Counted from the first letter of the stretch, positions 47,820 to 57,746 are shown. The stretch: DNA of 64,000 bases from an uncultured Ktedonobacterales bacterium (GCA_964657325.1 CAZZVE010000006.1:8188-72187), one strand, 5' to 3'. Made by a program: numbers and translations. Notes: generated by a model not told the origin, from the letters alone.

Positions 47820-48758
47820 TTAGTTATTTGGATATGCTGCGTCAAATGCTAGAACATTAAAAGCTGCTCTGCTAGGAATAGGTGCGTAATCCTGATTGAA
47901 GATGGACCAGCGACCGTTGTGGAACCATACGCCAGTGTTATGATTGTTGTAGACATGATAGGGTGCCCAGTTTGCTGTAATAAACACGACTGCTTTGGGA
48001 TTATTGTTCGTGACGCTGTTGTTCAGGTCCGTATAATCACCGATGCTGTTTGATGTATTCGCGATGTGAAGAGATGTTCCATAGACATCGCGCGTAACCG
48101 CATACACGTTGAACGAGGCACCATTTGGAATTGCGGTTCTATCCTGATTGAAGATGGACCAGCGACCATTGTGATACCAGACGCCAACTGGGTGATTGTC
48201 ATATACACTGTGGAGTGCCCAGTTGGGCGTGACCAGAAGCAAGACATTAGGATTGTTATTGCTTGCACTATTATTGATATCAGTGTAGTCGCCTGCGCTA
48301 TTGTAGGAAGTGGCAGTGTGCACAAAAATGCCTGAGTAGCGAGCATTTGGTAGAGCATACACATTGAAAGCTGCCCCATGAGGAATTGCTGAGTGATTCT
48401 GGTTGAAAATGGACCAGTGACCACCATGATACCAGACGCCAAGCGGGGAGTTATCATAGACATGGTGAGGTGCCCAATTGGGGGTAACAAAGACAACTGC
48501 ATTTGGATTGTTGTTCGTGACGTTGTTGTCCAGGTCGGTATAGTCGCCAGCACTATTATACGATGTAGCGATATGAATGTAGATTTTCGCACCACTACCA
48601 CTTACTGGATGTAATACAGTCTTCGTAGCTGCGTGAGCGGATGGAACAGCAACGAGCGTCATTAGCATGATGCACATAGACATGATTCCAGCACCGATAA
48701 AGGTCCAGCGTGTGGATAGAGTTTTCAAGAACGATAACGCGGTGTTGCATTGTCTCAT
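47820..48758 (-). CDS. secreted protein with three tandem repeats of about 85 aa, function unknown
   Basis: Signal peptide ending VPSAHA|A. The unit H.A.S.NS.GDYTD..N...NNNP......T.NW......Y.N...GVW.H.G.WSIFNQ....IP..A.FNV.A occurs three times. Confidence 0.7.
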   Translation of the reverse strand: MRQCNTALSFLKTLSTRWTFIGAGIMSMCIMLMTLVAVPSAHAATKTVLHPVSGSGAKIYIHIATSYNSAGDYTDLDNNVTNNNPNAVVFVTPNWAPHHVYDNSPLGVWYHGGHWSIFNQNHSAIPHGAAFNVYALPNARYSGIFVHTATSYNSAGDYTDINNSASNNNPNVLLLVTPNWALHSVYDNHPVGVWYHNGRWSIFNQDRTAIPNGASFNVYAVTRDVYGTSLHIANTSNSIGDYTDLNNSVTNNNPKAVVFITANWAPYHVYNNHNTGVWFHNGRWSIFNQDYAPIPSRAAFNVLAFDAAYPNN

Positions 48759-48909
48759 TCAATTACTTCCTTCTCATACCTTTTATTAACACATTCTTCA
48801 TAGAGAACTTTCTCTGCTATGAAGACGCTGGATACCTATTTTTTTCGTGTTGAATATGTCACACGTATAAAGTGAAGTGTTTCACACTTTGTAGATAGAC
48901 AAATGCTAC

Positions 48910-48938
48910 TCGACGTGTCATGCTGTAATTGCTATAAT
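48910..48938 (+). promoter_or_regulatory. candidate extended -10 promoter upstream of or overlapping the pfp start
   Basis: TCGACG, a 17-nt spacer, then TGcTATAAT (48930-48938). The -10 overlaps ATG 48937, which argues for a downstream start (TTG 49003 after a GGGGG RBS). Confidence 0.4.
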
Positions 48939-50211
48939 GGCTCTTAGAAACATTTGTGAGAACATAGAATTACAAAACAGACCTTTTGGGGGTACAGATA
49001 CATTGTCAGCAACAGCACGTGGCAATCTGATTATTGGGCAATCGGGCGGAGCCACCGCAGTCATTAACGCAAGCCTTGTTGGAGCGGTTAACGCAGCTTT
49101 CAACGATGCCCGTATTGATGGTATCTATGGCATGCAAAATGGTATTGAGGGACTTCTCAAAGAAGATATTGTCGATCTACGTCAGCAATCCTCTTCACTA
49201 TGGCAACACCTCCTTTACGCTCCATCGGCGGCACTTGGCTCGTGTCGTTATAAGTTGAAAGATGAAGACCCGGCACGAGCAGTGGAAATATTGCGTCGCT
49301 ACAATGTGCGCTATGTCCTCTACATTGGAGGCAACGACTCGGCAGATACAGCGCATCGTCTCGCACAAGCGGCTCAGCAGAGTGGCTATGATCTACAAAC
49401 CATTAGCGTTCCCAAAACCATCGACAATGATCTTCCCTTTACCGATCACTGCCCCGGCTATGGAAGCGCGGCACGTTTCATCGCACAGGCAACAATAGAT
49501 TCGACGATGAACACCGTTTCTATTCCCTGGCATTATCCGGTCAAAATTATTGAGACAATGGGCCGTGACGCGGGTTGGCTGACCGCCTCTTCCGCGTTAG
49601 GCAAACGGGATGATGTTGACCCACCCCACATCATACTGACACCCGAACATGTGTTTGATGCCGATTCGTTTCTAGCACAAGTTGAAGCAGTATATCGTCG
49701 TATCGGCTATGTCGTGATTACAGTAGCGGAGACGGTTCGTGATGCAAAGGGGCAAGCACTTGGTTCCGTTGGACAAGTGGGAACCGATGCTTTTCAGCAT
49801 CCCCTGCTTAGTGGCGCGGGTCAATCGCTTGTTGATCTGGTCACGAAACAGCTCAAGCTTCGCGCACGATTTGACAAGCCAGGGGATTTACAACGTATGT
49901 CCTCAATGCACGTTTCACCAGTAGACCGTGACGAGGCATATCTTGTGGGACAAATGGGTACAAAAGCTCTCCTTGCAGGCGAAAGTGACAAGATGGTGAC
50001 GCTGGTACGCCACAACGAGCCTCACTATCATTGCATCACGGGCTTAGTAGAACTAGCACTGGTTGCTAACCAACAATTCCTCCTACCTCACGACTATATG
50101 AATGTCACAAAAACAATGGTGACACAAGCCTTCTACGATTATGCACTGCCCTTAATTGGAGAGCCACTCAATACCTATCCAACGATGGAGAGAGTGCGGG
50201 TGCAGCGATGA
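48937..50211 (+). CDS. pfp: phosphofructokinase, probably pyrophosphate-dependent
   Basis: PfkA-family motifs GQSGGATAVINAS, IGGNDS and VPKTIDND. The true start may be TTG 49003. Confidence 0.85.
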   Translation: MALRNICENIELQNRPFGGTDTLSATARGNLIIGQSGGATAVINASLVGAVNAAFNDARIDGIYGMQNGIEGLLKEDIVDLRQQSSSLWQHLLYAPSAALGSCRYKLKDEDPARAVEILRRYNVRYVLYIGGNDSADTAHRLAQAAQQSGYDLQTISVPKTIDNDLPFTDHCPGYGSAARFIAQATIDSTMNTVSIPWHYPVKIIETMGRDAGWLTASSALGKRDDVDPPHIILTPEHVFDADSFLAQVEAVYRRIGYVVITVAETVRDAKGQALGSVGQVGTDAFQHPLLSGAGQSLVDLVTKQLKLRARFDKPGDLQRMSSMHVSPVDRDEAYLVGQMGTKALLAGESDKMVTLVRHNEPHYHCITGLVELALVANQQFLLPHDYMNVTKTMVTQAFYDYALPLIGEPLNTYPTMERVRVQR

Positions 50212-51377
50212 TACGACGTGCGATATTGGTTGTACTTGATGGTGTTGGCGCAGGAGCTAATCCTGATGCCGCTACTTATGGAGACGAAGGCGCGAGTTCG
50301 CTTGAGCACTGTGCACAAGCAGTAGGCGGCCTTGAGCTACCTCATCTTGGCAGTATTGGATTGGGCAATATTACGCCTATCCTGGGTACACCGCCGCGCG
50401 CGGATGTCAGTGGCAGTTACGGGCGTATGGCCTCGGCTGCGGCTGGCAAAGATAGTACAACAGGACACTGGGAAATGACGGGTGTTGTGCTGCAAAAACC
50501 CCTGCCAACCTATCCGCATGGCTTTCCAGCAGATGTTGTTGCCCAGTTTGAACAGGCTATTGGACGCAAGGTCATTGGGAATACAGTTGCATCAGGGACT
50601 GAGGTTATAAAAGAGTTTGGTGAGGAGCATATGCGTACTGGCTCCCCCATTCTCTATACCTCTGCCGATAGCGTGTTTCAAGTCGCAGCGCACCAGGAAA
50701 TTATTCCACTCGAAACGCTCTACAAAATGTGCGAGACCGCGCGGAGCATCCTTACAGGCGAAAACGCTGTCGGACGTGTCATAGCACGCCCATTTCTTGG
50801 TACGTCGGGAGCGTTCAAACGGACCGAGCATCGGCGCGATTTTTCGCTTGCCCCACTTGGCACAACACTCTTGGATCAACTTAAAAAAGCTGGTAAAGAT
50901 GTTATTGGCCTTGGTAAAATCGAAGACCTCTTCGCGGGACGCGGACTAACACAAGCCGACCACACGGAAACGAACCGAGATGGTATGGCTGCAACATTGC
51001 ATTGGCTCGAACGAGACTTTGAGGGACTACTTTTTGTCAATCTGGTAGAATTTGATATGTTATGGGGCCACCGCCGCGATAGTCAGGGTTACGCGCAAGC
51101 ACTACGAGATGTTGATAGCTGGTTTGCACAGGTACAACAGACAATGCGACCAGAAGACGTAATCTTTTTCACAGCTGATCACGGCGTTGATCCAACGTAT
51201 CGTGGCACCGATCACACACGTGAATGCGTACCGCTACTAGCGTATGGACAAACATCACGTACTGGCATCAATCTTGGCACACGCTCAACATTCGCTGATC
51301 TCGGTCAAACACTAGCAGAGATGTTGAATGTTGAGAAGTTAGCGGCTGGTACGAGTTTTGCACAGGAATTGGTATAA
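50208..51377 (+). CDS. deoB: phosphopentomutase
   Basis: VVLDGVG.G, TTGHWEM.G, ADHG.DP. The start overlaps the pfp stop (ATGA). Confidence 0.92.
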   Translation: MIRRAILVVLDGVGAGANPDAATYGDEGASSLEHCAQAVGGLELPHLGSIGLGNITPILGTPPRADVSGSYGRMASAAAGKDSTTGHWEMTGVVLQKPLPTYPHGFPADVVAQFEQAIGRKVIGNTVASGTEVIKEFGEEHMRTGSPILYTSADSVFQVAAHQEIIPLETLYKMCETARSILTGENAVGRVIARPFLGTSGAFKRTEHRRDFSLAPLGTTLLDQLKKAGKDVIGLGKIEDLFAGRGLTQADHTETNRDGMAATLHWLERDFEGLLFVNLVEFDMLWGHRRDSQGYAQALRDVDSWFAQVQQTMRPEDVIFFTADHGVDPTYRGTDHTRECVPLLAYGQTSRTGINLGTRSTFADLGQTLAEMLNVEKLAAGTSFAQELV

Positions 51378-51937
51378 TGACAGAGACACAACGAAAAGCA
51401 ACAGATTTCCAAGGTTTACCATTGCAGGGCGAGCGTGTTACAGTGCGGCGCCCTGTATCAAGTGACGCCGCGAACGTCTTTCGTTGGGAGCGAGATGACG
51501 AGGTATGGCGTTACGATCCCCACCGTCCGTACTCAAATAGCATGGCGGAGTTCGTACCATTATTCGAGCGAAACTATGTACTGAGCAATGGACGACAATT
51601 CTGGTTCATCATCGAGAATGAACATCATGTTCCCATTGGAACCATCACCTACTTTAATATTGACCGTCGTCTCAATCAGGTTGAAGTTGGTCTGGGACTA
51701 GGCGAGAAATCGAGCTGGGGCAAAGGTTATGGAGCAGAGGCTATTCGCGCGCTTGTCCACTACCTCTTCACCTTCCAGAGCATTTCACGTATTTACGCGG
51801 AGACGGCAATGGCGAACATATCGGCCCGGAACGCCTTTGCAAAATCTCAATTTGTCGAGGTTGGGCCAATCTACGATCCCCGTAGCTCAGGAACCCCCTG
51901 GGTATTATTAGAAATTTGGAGGAAAAACTATTCATGA
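51377..51937 (+). CDS. GNAT family N-acetyltransferase (RimJ/RimL-like)
   Basis: Acetyltransf_3-type pattern. WGKGYG.EA......F.. The ATG overlaps the deoB TAA (TAATG). Confidence 0.8.
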   Translation: MTETQRKATDFQGLPLQGERVTVRRPVSSDAANVFRWERDDEVWRYDPHRPYSNSMAEFVPLFERNYVLSNGRQFWFIIENEHHVPIGTITYFNIDRRLNQVEVGLGLGEKSSWGKGYGAEAIRALVHYLFTFQSISRIYAETAMANISARNAFAKSQFVEVGPIYDPRSSGTPWVLLEIWRKNYS

Positions 51938-53295
51938 GTTCTACACATACAGAGGTAAATCCTAAGATATTTAGTGCCTATGATGTCCGTGGCATCTATG
52001 GGCAAGACCTTACCGACGACATTGCCTATCAAATTGGACGCGCTGCCGCCCAGTACCTCAATGTACCTGAAATTGCCGTTGGACGCGATATGCGTCTTTC
52101 ATCACCACAAATTTCGGCGGCGGTTCTACGTGGCATCACCGATCAGGGTATCAATGCCGTTGATCTCGGTTTGACCACAACCGATGGTTTGTATTTCGCG
52201 GTTGGCAAATTCGACTATCCAGCAGGTATCATGATTACCGCGTCCCACAATCCTGGCAAGTACAATGGTCTGAAGTTCTGTCGTGCCCAGGCTCTACCAA
52301 TCAGCAAAGAGACTGGACTGGCGGATATTCGTGATCTTGCTGTAAGCGGCAATTTTACAGAGCCAGCGCAAAAAGGCACCGTGACACAGCGTAATATCAC
52401 CGATGACTACGTAAAGCACGTCTTGTCATTCATCGACGTAAGCAAGATAAAGCCACTCAAAGTCGTCATTGACGCGGGTAACGGTATGGCAGGTATGATG
52501 ATACCGAGCGTCTTTCAACACCTTCCCTGCGAACTCGTCCCTCTCTATTTTGAGCTTGATGGCAATTTTCCGCATCATCCCGCCAGCCCTATCGAGCCAG
52601 AAAACATGGTAGATTTGCAGAAAAAGGTGCGTGAGACAGGTGCAGACTTAGGAGCCGCGTTCGACGGCGATGCAGATCGCATGTTTCCAGTCGATGAGCA
52701 TGGCGACCTCGTAGATGGTTCACAGGTGACGGAAGCAATGGCGAATAGTCTGCTACGCAAGTATCCAGGCTCAACTATCCTGTACAACCTGATTGTTTCT
52801 AAAAGCGTCCCTGAACTGATTGAGCGTCTCGGTGGCAAAGCTGTACGTACACGTGTGGGCCACTCGTTCATCAAAGCAGAGATGCGCAAACTCAACGCCA
52901 TCTTCGGAGGCGAACACTCTGGACACTTCTACTTCCGCGACAACTGGTTCGCCGACTCCGGCTTGATTGCCTTTCTCATCATGCTCGAACTCGTTTCCAC
53001 TGAGGACAAACCACTCTCAGAAATACTCAAGCCATTGGACAAGGGTGTACGTAGTGGTGAAATCAATAGTACCGTTAGCGATGCACAAAGCAAGCTCCAA
53101 GCTCTTGAAGAGCATTTCGGGAAGGGCGCGCAACTGGTCGATCACCTCGATGGTCTCACAGTAGATTATGGTACGTGGTGGTTCAATGTGCGTTCATCTA
53201 ACACCGAACCACTCCTGCGTCTGAACGTCGAAGCAAACGACAGAGCCACAATGGAACAGAAGCGCGACGAACTGCTCGCGTTTATTCGTAGTTAA
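51934..53295 (+). CDS. phosphomannomutase/phosphoglucomutase
   Basis: Active-site ITASHNPGKYNG, Mg loop AFDGDADR, GGEHSGH. ATG 51934 overlaps the GNAT stop (ATGA). Confidence 0.9.
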   Translation: MSSTHTEVNPKIFSAYDVRGIYGQDLTDDIAYQIGRAAAQYLNVPEIAVGRDMRLSSPQISAAVLRGITDQGINAVDLGLTTTDGLYFAVGKFDYPAGIMITASHNPGKYNGLKFCRAQALPISKETGLADIRDLAVSGNFTEPAQKGTVTQRNITDDYVKHVLSFIDVSKIKPLKVVIDAGNGMAGMMIPSVFQHLPCELVPLYFELDGNFPHHPASPIEPENMVDLQKKVRETGADLGAAFDGDADRMFPVDEHGDLVDGSQVTEAMANSLLRKYPGSTILYNLIVSKSVPELIERLGGKAVRTRVGHSFIKAEMRKLNAIFGGEHSGHFYFRDNWFADSGLIAFLIMLELVSTEDKPLSEILKPLDKGVRSGEINSTVSDAQSKLQALEEHFGKGAQLVDHLDGLTVDYGTWWFNVRSSNTEPLLRLNVEANDRATMEQKRDELLAFIRS

Positions 53296-53308
53296 AACAT
53301 CTAAAATG

Positions 53309-53360
53309 TAGAGAGCATTCACTATGGAGAACACGTATCATTCATAGTGAACGCTCTCTA
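53309..53360 (+). terminator. 18-bp hairpin downstream of the pmm gene
   Basis: TAGAGAGCATTCACTATG (53309-53326) pairs with CATAGTGAACGCTCTCTA (53343-53360), with 1 mismatch. Confidence 0.6.
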
Positions 53361-53474
53361 TGTGCTCCTATTTCTCCTCTTCCTGATTTGGCATAACTAC
53401 CGACTTTTATCTTTTCAAATAGAATGTAATGAGAGTGACATTCCTCAGTATAGAAATCCAAGGAGTAGTTCTTT

Positions 53475-54281
53475 ATGACAACTAATACGAACAAATCAGC
53501 AGGGAAATACGCTTCTGTCAACGGCATCGACCTGTACTACGAGATTCATGGAACTGGTACACCTTTGATTTTGCTTCACGGTGGCTTTGGAACTCTTGAG
53601 ACGTTTACTGCCCTTTCACCTACACTTGCTCTCGACCATCAGATTATTGGAGTCGATTTGTATGGACACGGACGGACAGCCCTCACAAATCGTCCTCTCC
53701 GTTTTGAGCACATGGCGGATGATATTGCTGGCCTCATCGACCATCTCGGACTTGAAAAAGCCGACGTGCTTGGCTACTCTCTTGGTGGTGCCGTAGCTCT
53801 ACAGACCGTTATTCGCCATCCAGAACAAGTCAACAAACTTGTTGTTGTCTCCACACCCTTCAAACGAACTGGCTGGCATCCCGAAATGCGAGCAGGCATG
53901 GCATCCATCGCCCCTGAGTTCTTTGTTGGTACTCCCCTGCATGATACCTATATGAATGTTGCACCAAAGCCAGAAGATTTTTCTCGCCTTGTCGCCAATA
54001 TGCGGGAAGCACTGAGTCAAGACTATGACTGGACAGAGCAGGTTTCCGCTTTGAAAATGCCTACGCTGATTATCGCGGGCGACTCTGATGGTCTTCCACC
54101 TTCACATGCAGTAGCGTTTTTCACTCTTCTGGGTGGTGGCTTGAAGGATGCTAACTGGAATGGCGAACACCTCATTCCATCGCAACTCGCCATCTTGCCG
54201 CGCACTACTCACTACGACATTGTTTCCCGTGCTGATCTAATCCTGCCAGTTCTTTCTCCGTTTCTTGGCAGTAAGCGGTAG
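53475..54281 (+). CDS. alpha/beta hydrolase
   Basis: HGGFG oxyanion region and nucleophile elbow GYSLGG. 268 aa. The TAG stop lies inside the following repeat element. Confidence 0.85.
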   Translation: MTTNTNKSAGKYASVNGIDLYYEIHGTGTPLILLHGGFGTLETFTALSPTLALDHQIIGVDLYGHGRTALTNRPLRFEHMADDIAGLIDHLGLEKADVLGYSLGGAVALQTVIRHPEQVNKLVVVSTPFKRTGWHPEMRAGMASIAPEFFVGTPLHDTYMNVAPKPEDFSRLVANMREALSQDYDWTEQVSALKMPTLIIAGDSDGLPPSHAVAFFTLLGGGLKDANWNGEHLIPSQLAILPRTTHYDIVSRADLILPVLSPFLGSKR

Positions 54282-54400
54282 GGGCGCAATGAATTGTGCC
54301 CAAAGATGAGAGTGGTCGGGCAAACGTCCCCAAAACGTCTCTGGTGGCAACGCGAGCCCCTCCCGACCCATCTTTGGGCGCAATGAATTGTGCCCCTACA
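54278..54400. repeat. composite palindromic element, sibling of 10926-11064
   Basis: GGTAGGGGCGCAATGAATTGTGCCC ... GGGCGCAATGAATTGTGCCCCTACA. The inner segment (GGGCAAACGTCCCC..CCCCTCCCGACCCATCTT) is shared with the 10938 copy, in the same orientation. Confidence 0.9.
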
Positions 54401-54409
54401 AGCCTTTAT

Positions 54410-55441
54410 CTATACATTCACATTCGTATCCACTTCGCCAGTGCCATTTTGTGACAGGAAGCCAATAGTTAGTCCTTTCATTCCTCTAGGTGCTGAAAAG
54501 ACGACATAACCACGTACACTCTTCGAGCCTGCCTTAAATGTATAAGGCAGGCTATTGTCTATGGGTGCACGTTCGTTGCCAGGAGAGACAAGACGGATAT
54601 AATCAAAACCGAAGCCAGGGGATATATCACCGCTTTCCGCATTATCAACTCGGAAGTTGAGTATATAAAATTGCTGTCCAGCTTTGCATTGCACACCTTG
54701 ATACGCGAGGCGAGTTTCTATACTTGTGAGATGATACGTTAACATATGACCAGAAAAGTTATAAGAAATAGTTGTTGTTTGCGGCGAAGCATGGTCTGCG
54801 TATTGCGAGGGGTTAAAGGCACCTGTAAAGGGTATTTTGACTAACGTTTCGTTAAGAGTTATTGAGCCTAATTGTAATGCCAGAGCGTTCAGGGGTATGC
54901 CCTTATTTGGCAATGAGAAATCTAACCAGCCATTCTCCTGTGTTCCTGGCTTGAGACCAACGGAAAGATGCACGTTTGTAGGGATAAGAGCAGTGCTGTT
55001 GGGTTCAATCAAACGCGCAATATCATAATAAACAATATTAACCGGATTGGAAGTGTGGTTCACTACTTGCATATTAAGACGGACCGTTGTTTGACCTGAA
55101 TGAATGTCGTCATCAGGGAAAAATAGCGCGTCCTGTGCATTGACAACGGTAATATCTACATCATTGTAAAGTGCGGTACGGTTCACCTGAAGTGTTGTGA
55201 CAGGTACAACAGTAGGAGTTTGCGCCCCAAAGCCAGGAATTTGCGCGTTTTTGAGCAGGTTTGCCGCGTTCAGACTGACAACACTCACAATAATAATGCC
55301 GATAACCAGTAAAATAGCTGCCCAGAACCAGAGCTTAGCAAACACTGATCGCGTCCGCGTTTCTAGCTTTTTCGGCAATTCAGGACGTGGTACCGCGTTA
55401 AGACGGGGTAGTGACGACGTGGTAACTTTTCTCTTATCCAT
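54410..55441 (-). CDS. membrane-anchored hypothetical protein with two beta-sandwich-like (DUF4352-like) halves
   Basis: Basic N-terminus, one TM helix (FWAAILLVIGIIIVSVVSL), then two similar segments rich in V.N / F....N patterns. Confidence 0.5.
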   Translation of the reverse strand: MDKRKVTTSSLPRLNAVPRPELPKKLETRTRSVFAKLWFWAAILLVIGIIIVSVVSLNAANLLKNAQIPGFGAQTPTVVPVTTLQVNRTALYNDVDITVVNAQDALFFPDDDIHSGQTTVRLNMQVVNHTSNPVNIVYYDIARLIEPNSTALIPTNVHLSVGLKPGTQENGWLDFSLPNKGIPLNALALQLGSITLNETLVKIPFTGAFNPSQYADHASPQTTTISYNFSGHMLTYHLTSIETRLAYQGVQCKAGQQFYILNFRVDNAESGDISPGFGFDYIRLVSPGNERAPIDNSLPYTFKAGSKSVRGYVVFSAPRGMKGLTIGFLSQNGTGEVDTNVNV

Positions 55442-55511
55442 ACAAAGCGTTTTCCTTTAATGATAATCCCTTGCATTCGCTATTGTACCAAGTGTATGCA
55501 ACTGTTTTTTC

Positions 55512-55540
55512 TTGACACATCCACACGTTAGTGCTAGCAT
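55512..55540 (+). promoter_or_regulatory. candidate sigma70 promoter for sucCD
   Basis: TTGACA (55512-55517), a 17-nt spacer, then TGcTAGCAT, an extended -10 (55532-55540). It lies about 75 nt upstream of the sucC ATG. Confidence 0.45.
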
Positions 55541-55615
55541 AATTTTAGGAACTTCGCATCTCTCCCCACCTAGCAAGTGGTTTCTACACTACATCGCAAG
55601 GAGTTTAAACAGTCA

Positions 55616-56800
55616 ATGAAGATTCATGAGTATCAGGCGAAAGACATCCTGGCTCGTTACGGGATTCCAGTACAGCCTGGGCGTGTTGCACATACACCAG
55701 ATGAAGCCGAGGCAATTGCCCGCGAGCTTGGCGGACCCGTTGTGATCAAAGCCCAGGTCTACGTTGGTGGACGTGGTAAAGCTGGTGGTATCCAGTTTGG
55801 CGACACGCCAGAGGAGGCGCGTGCCTCCGCCAAAAAAGTATTAGGTATGGATATAAAGGGCCTCACAGTCGAAAAAGTTCTGGTCACATCCAAGATCGAC
55901 ATTAAAGAGGAATACTACCTTGGCATCATCCTGGACCGCAAAACACAATCGCCCGTGGTGATGGTCTCGAAAGAGGGCGGTATCGACATCGAAGAGGTCG
56001 CCGCGAACACACCCGAAAAGATTATTCAGCAGCCTATCGACATGCATTATGGTCTGCGTCCATTCGAGGCACGCGAAATCATCGCACGCGCTGGCCTTCC
56101 CCACGCGACCATTGGCAAAGCGGGTGATATCCTCTCAAAACTCGCAAAAGCGTTTATCGACAGTGATGCTAGCCTCGCCGAAATTAATCCACTTGCCCTG
56201 ACCGCCGATGGTAAGGTACAAGCGGCTGACGCCAAGATACTCATCGATGATAATGGCCTCTTCCGTCAAAAAGAGTACGCGAAATGGGCGGAGACAGAGG
56301 AATCAAACCCACTTGAATACGAAGCAAAACAGGCAGGGCTTACCTATGTCAAGCTTGATGGAGATGTTGGTATCATCGGCAATGGTGCTGGTCTGGTCAT
56401 GACAACTCTGGACATGGTAGCGCGTGCTGGTGGCAAACCCGCGAACTTCCTGGATATTGGTGGTGGCGCGAAGGCCGAGATTATGTACAAAGCTCTGACG
56501 TTTGTGGCAAAAGACCCACAGGTCAAGGGTATCCTGGTCAACATCTTTGGTGGCATCACTCGTGGTGAAGAGGTAGCAAAAGGCGTGATTATGGCACAAT
56601 CTGACTTACCTAAAGGCATGCCAATTGTTGTACGTCTCTCCGGCACAGGCTCGGAAGAAGGCAAAGCACTCCTGAAAGACGCTGGCCTTGAATGGGGACA
56701 AGACATGCGTGAAGCATCGGAAAAGATTGTCGCAGCCATCAATGCGCTCGGCACACAGCCACATAACGTAGCCAAAGAGCCAGAGTCACGTATAGAATAA
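55616..56800 (+). CDS. sucC: succinyl-CoA synthetase beta subunit
   Basis: [12 protein letters not shown] start after an AAGGAG RBS. ATP-grasp plus ligase-CoA domains (NIFGGITR). Confidence 0.95.
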   Translation: MKIHEYQAKDILARYGIPVQPGRVAHTPDEAEAIARELGGPVVIKAQVYVGGRGKAGGIQFGDTPEEARASAKKVLGMDIKGLTVEKVLVTSKIDIKEEYYLGIILDRKTQSPVVMVSKEGGIDIEEVAANTPEKIIQQPIDMHYGLRPFEAREIIARAGLPHATIGKAGDILSKLAKAFIDSDASLAEINPLALTADGKVQAADAKILIDDNGLFRQKEYAKWAETEESNPLEYEAKQAGLTYVKLDGDVGIIGNGAGLVMTTLDMVARAGGKPANFLDIGGGAKAEIMYKALTFVAKDPQVKGILVNIFGGITRGEEVAKGVIMAQSDLPKGMPIVVRLSGTGSEEGKALLKDAGLEWGQDMREASEKIVAAINALGTQPHNVAKEPESRIE

Positions 56801-56819
56801 TAGAGGAAGTAAGCAAGCG

Positions 56820-57683
56820 ATGAGTATTTTGTTAGATAGCACAACAAAGGTGATTGTGCAGGGCATCACAGGCCGCGAAGGACTGTACCATACACGGAAT
56901 ATGAAAGCGGCAGGCACGAACATTGTTGGCGGCGTCACCCCAGGCAAGGGTGGCGAGAGCGTCGAAGGCTTTCCCGTCTTTGACACAGTTGCTGAAGCGA
57001 TTAAAGCCACTGGTGCGACTGCTTCATGTATTTTCGTCCCCCCTCCTGGCGCGGCTGATGCCATTATGGAAGCCGCAACCGAGGGCATCGACTTGATTGT
57101 GTGTATCACTGAAGGCATTCCAGTGGTCGATATGACACGCGCTATGCTCGTTGTACATGAGCACAATGCACGTCTCATTGGACCAAACTGCCCCGGCATG
57201 TGTACACCGGGACAGGGCAAAATCGGCATTATTCCGTATCAGATTTTCACTCCTGGTCCCGTTGGCTTTATCTCACGCTCTGGTACGCTTACCTATGAGG
57301 TTGTTTCATTGCTCACAGCTGCTGGCCTTGGACAATCATCCTGCATCGGTATTGGTGGTGACCCCATTATTGGCTCGACGTTTGTTGACTACCTCAAATT
57401 GTTTGAGGCCGATCCTCAGACAAAAGCCGTTGTCATGTGTGGTGAAATTGGTGGTAGCGACGAGGAAGATGCCGCCGAATACATCGAGACCATGAGCAAA
57501 CCTGTTGTGGCCTTTATCTCTGGACGTACCGCTCCAGCAGGCAAGCGCATGGGTCACGCGGGTGCGATTATCTCAGGCAATACAGGCACAGCACAAGGCA
57601 AAGTTGCAGCACTACAGGCTGCTCATGTACCTGTCGCCGACACCATTTTCGACATTCCTGGACTCGTTCAAAAAGTGTTGTAG
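56820..57683 (+). CDS. sucD: succinyl-CoA synthetase alpha subunit
   Basis: [16 protein letters not shown], and phospho-His loop GHAGAIISG. Confidence 0.95.
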   Translation: MSILLDSTTKVIVQGITGREGLYHTRNMKAAGTNIVGGVTPGKGGESVEGFPVFDTVAEAIKATGATASCIFVPPPGAADAIMEAATEGIDLIVCITEGIPVVDMTRAMLVVHEHNARLIGPNCPGMCTPGQGKIGIIPYQIFTPGPVGFISRSGTLTYEVVSLLTAAGLGQSSCIGIGGDPIIGSTFVDYLKLFEADPQTKAVVMCGEIGGSDEEDAAEYIETMSKPVVAFISGRTAPAGKRMGHAGAIISGNTGTAQGKVAALQAAHVPVADTIFDIPGLVQKVL

Positions 57684-57730
57684 AACATATGCGATTGGAC
57701 ATGCTAAGGCATGTCCAATCGCATATGTTC
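57683..57730 (+). terminator. 22-bp perfect hairpin after sucD
   Basis: GAACATATGCGATTGGACATGC - TAAG - GCATGTCCAATCGCATATGTTC. It starts at the last base of the sucD stop. Confidence 0.7.
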
Positions 57731-57746
57731 ATTCAAAGGAACCATC

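Noticed and set aside
48023-48601. 192-aa ORF in a second frame of the secreted repeat-protein gene, plus plus-strand ORFs at 48066-48335 and 48393-48614
   Set aside because: They lie inside the triple-repeat gene, and the repeat periodicity keeps alternative frames open. They have no signal peptide, RBS or motif, whereas the chosen frame has a clean signal peptide and conserved repeats.
57711-57746. Upstream start for the HDAC-family gene
   Set aside because: ATG 57711 lies within the 3' arm of the 22-bp sucD terminator hairpin. The conserved domain begins at MTTALVYDP (57747).
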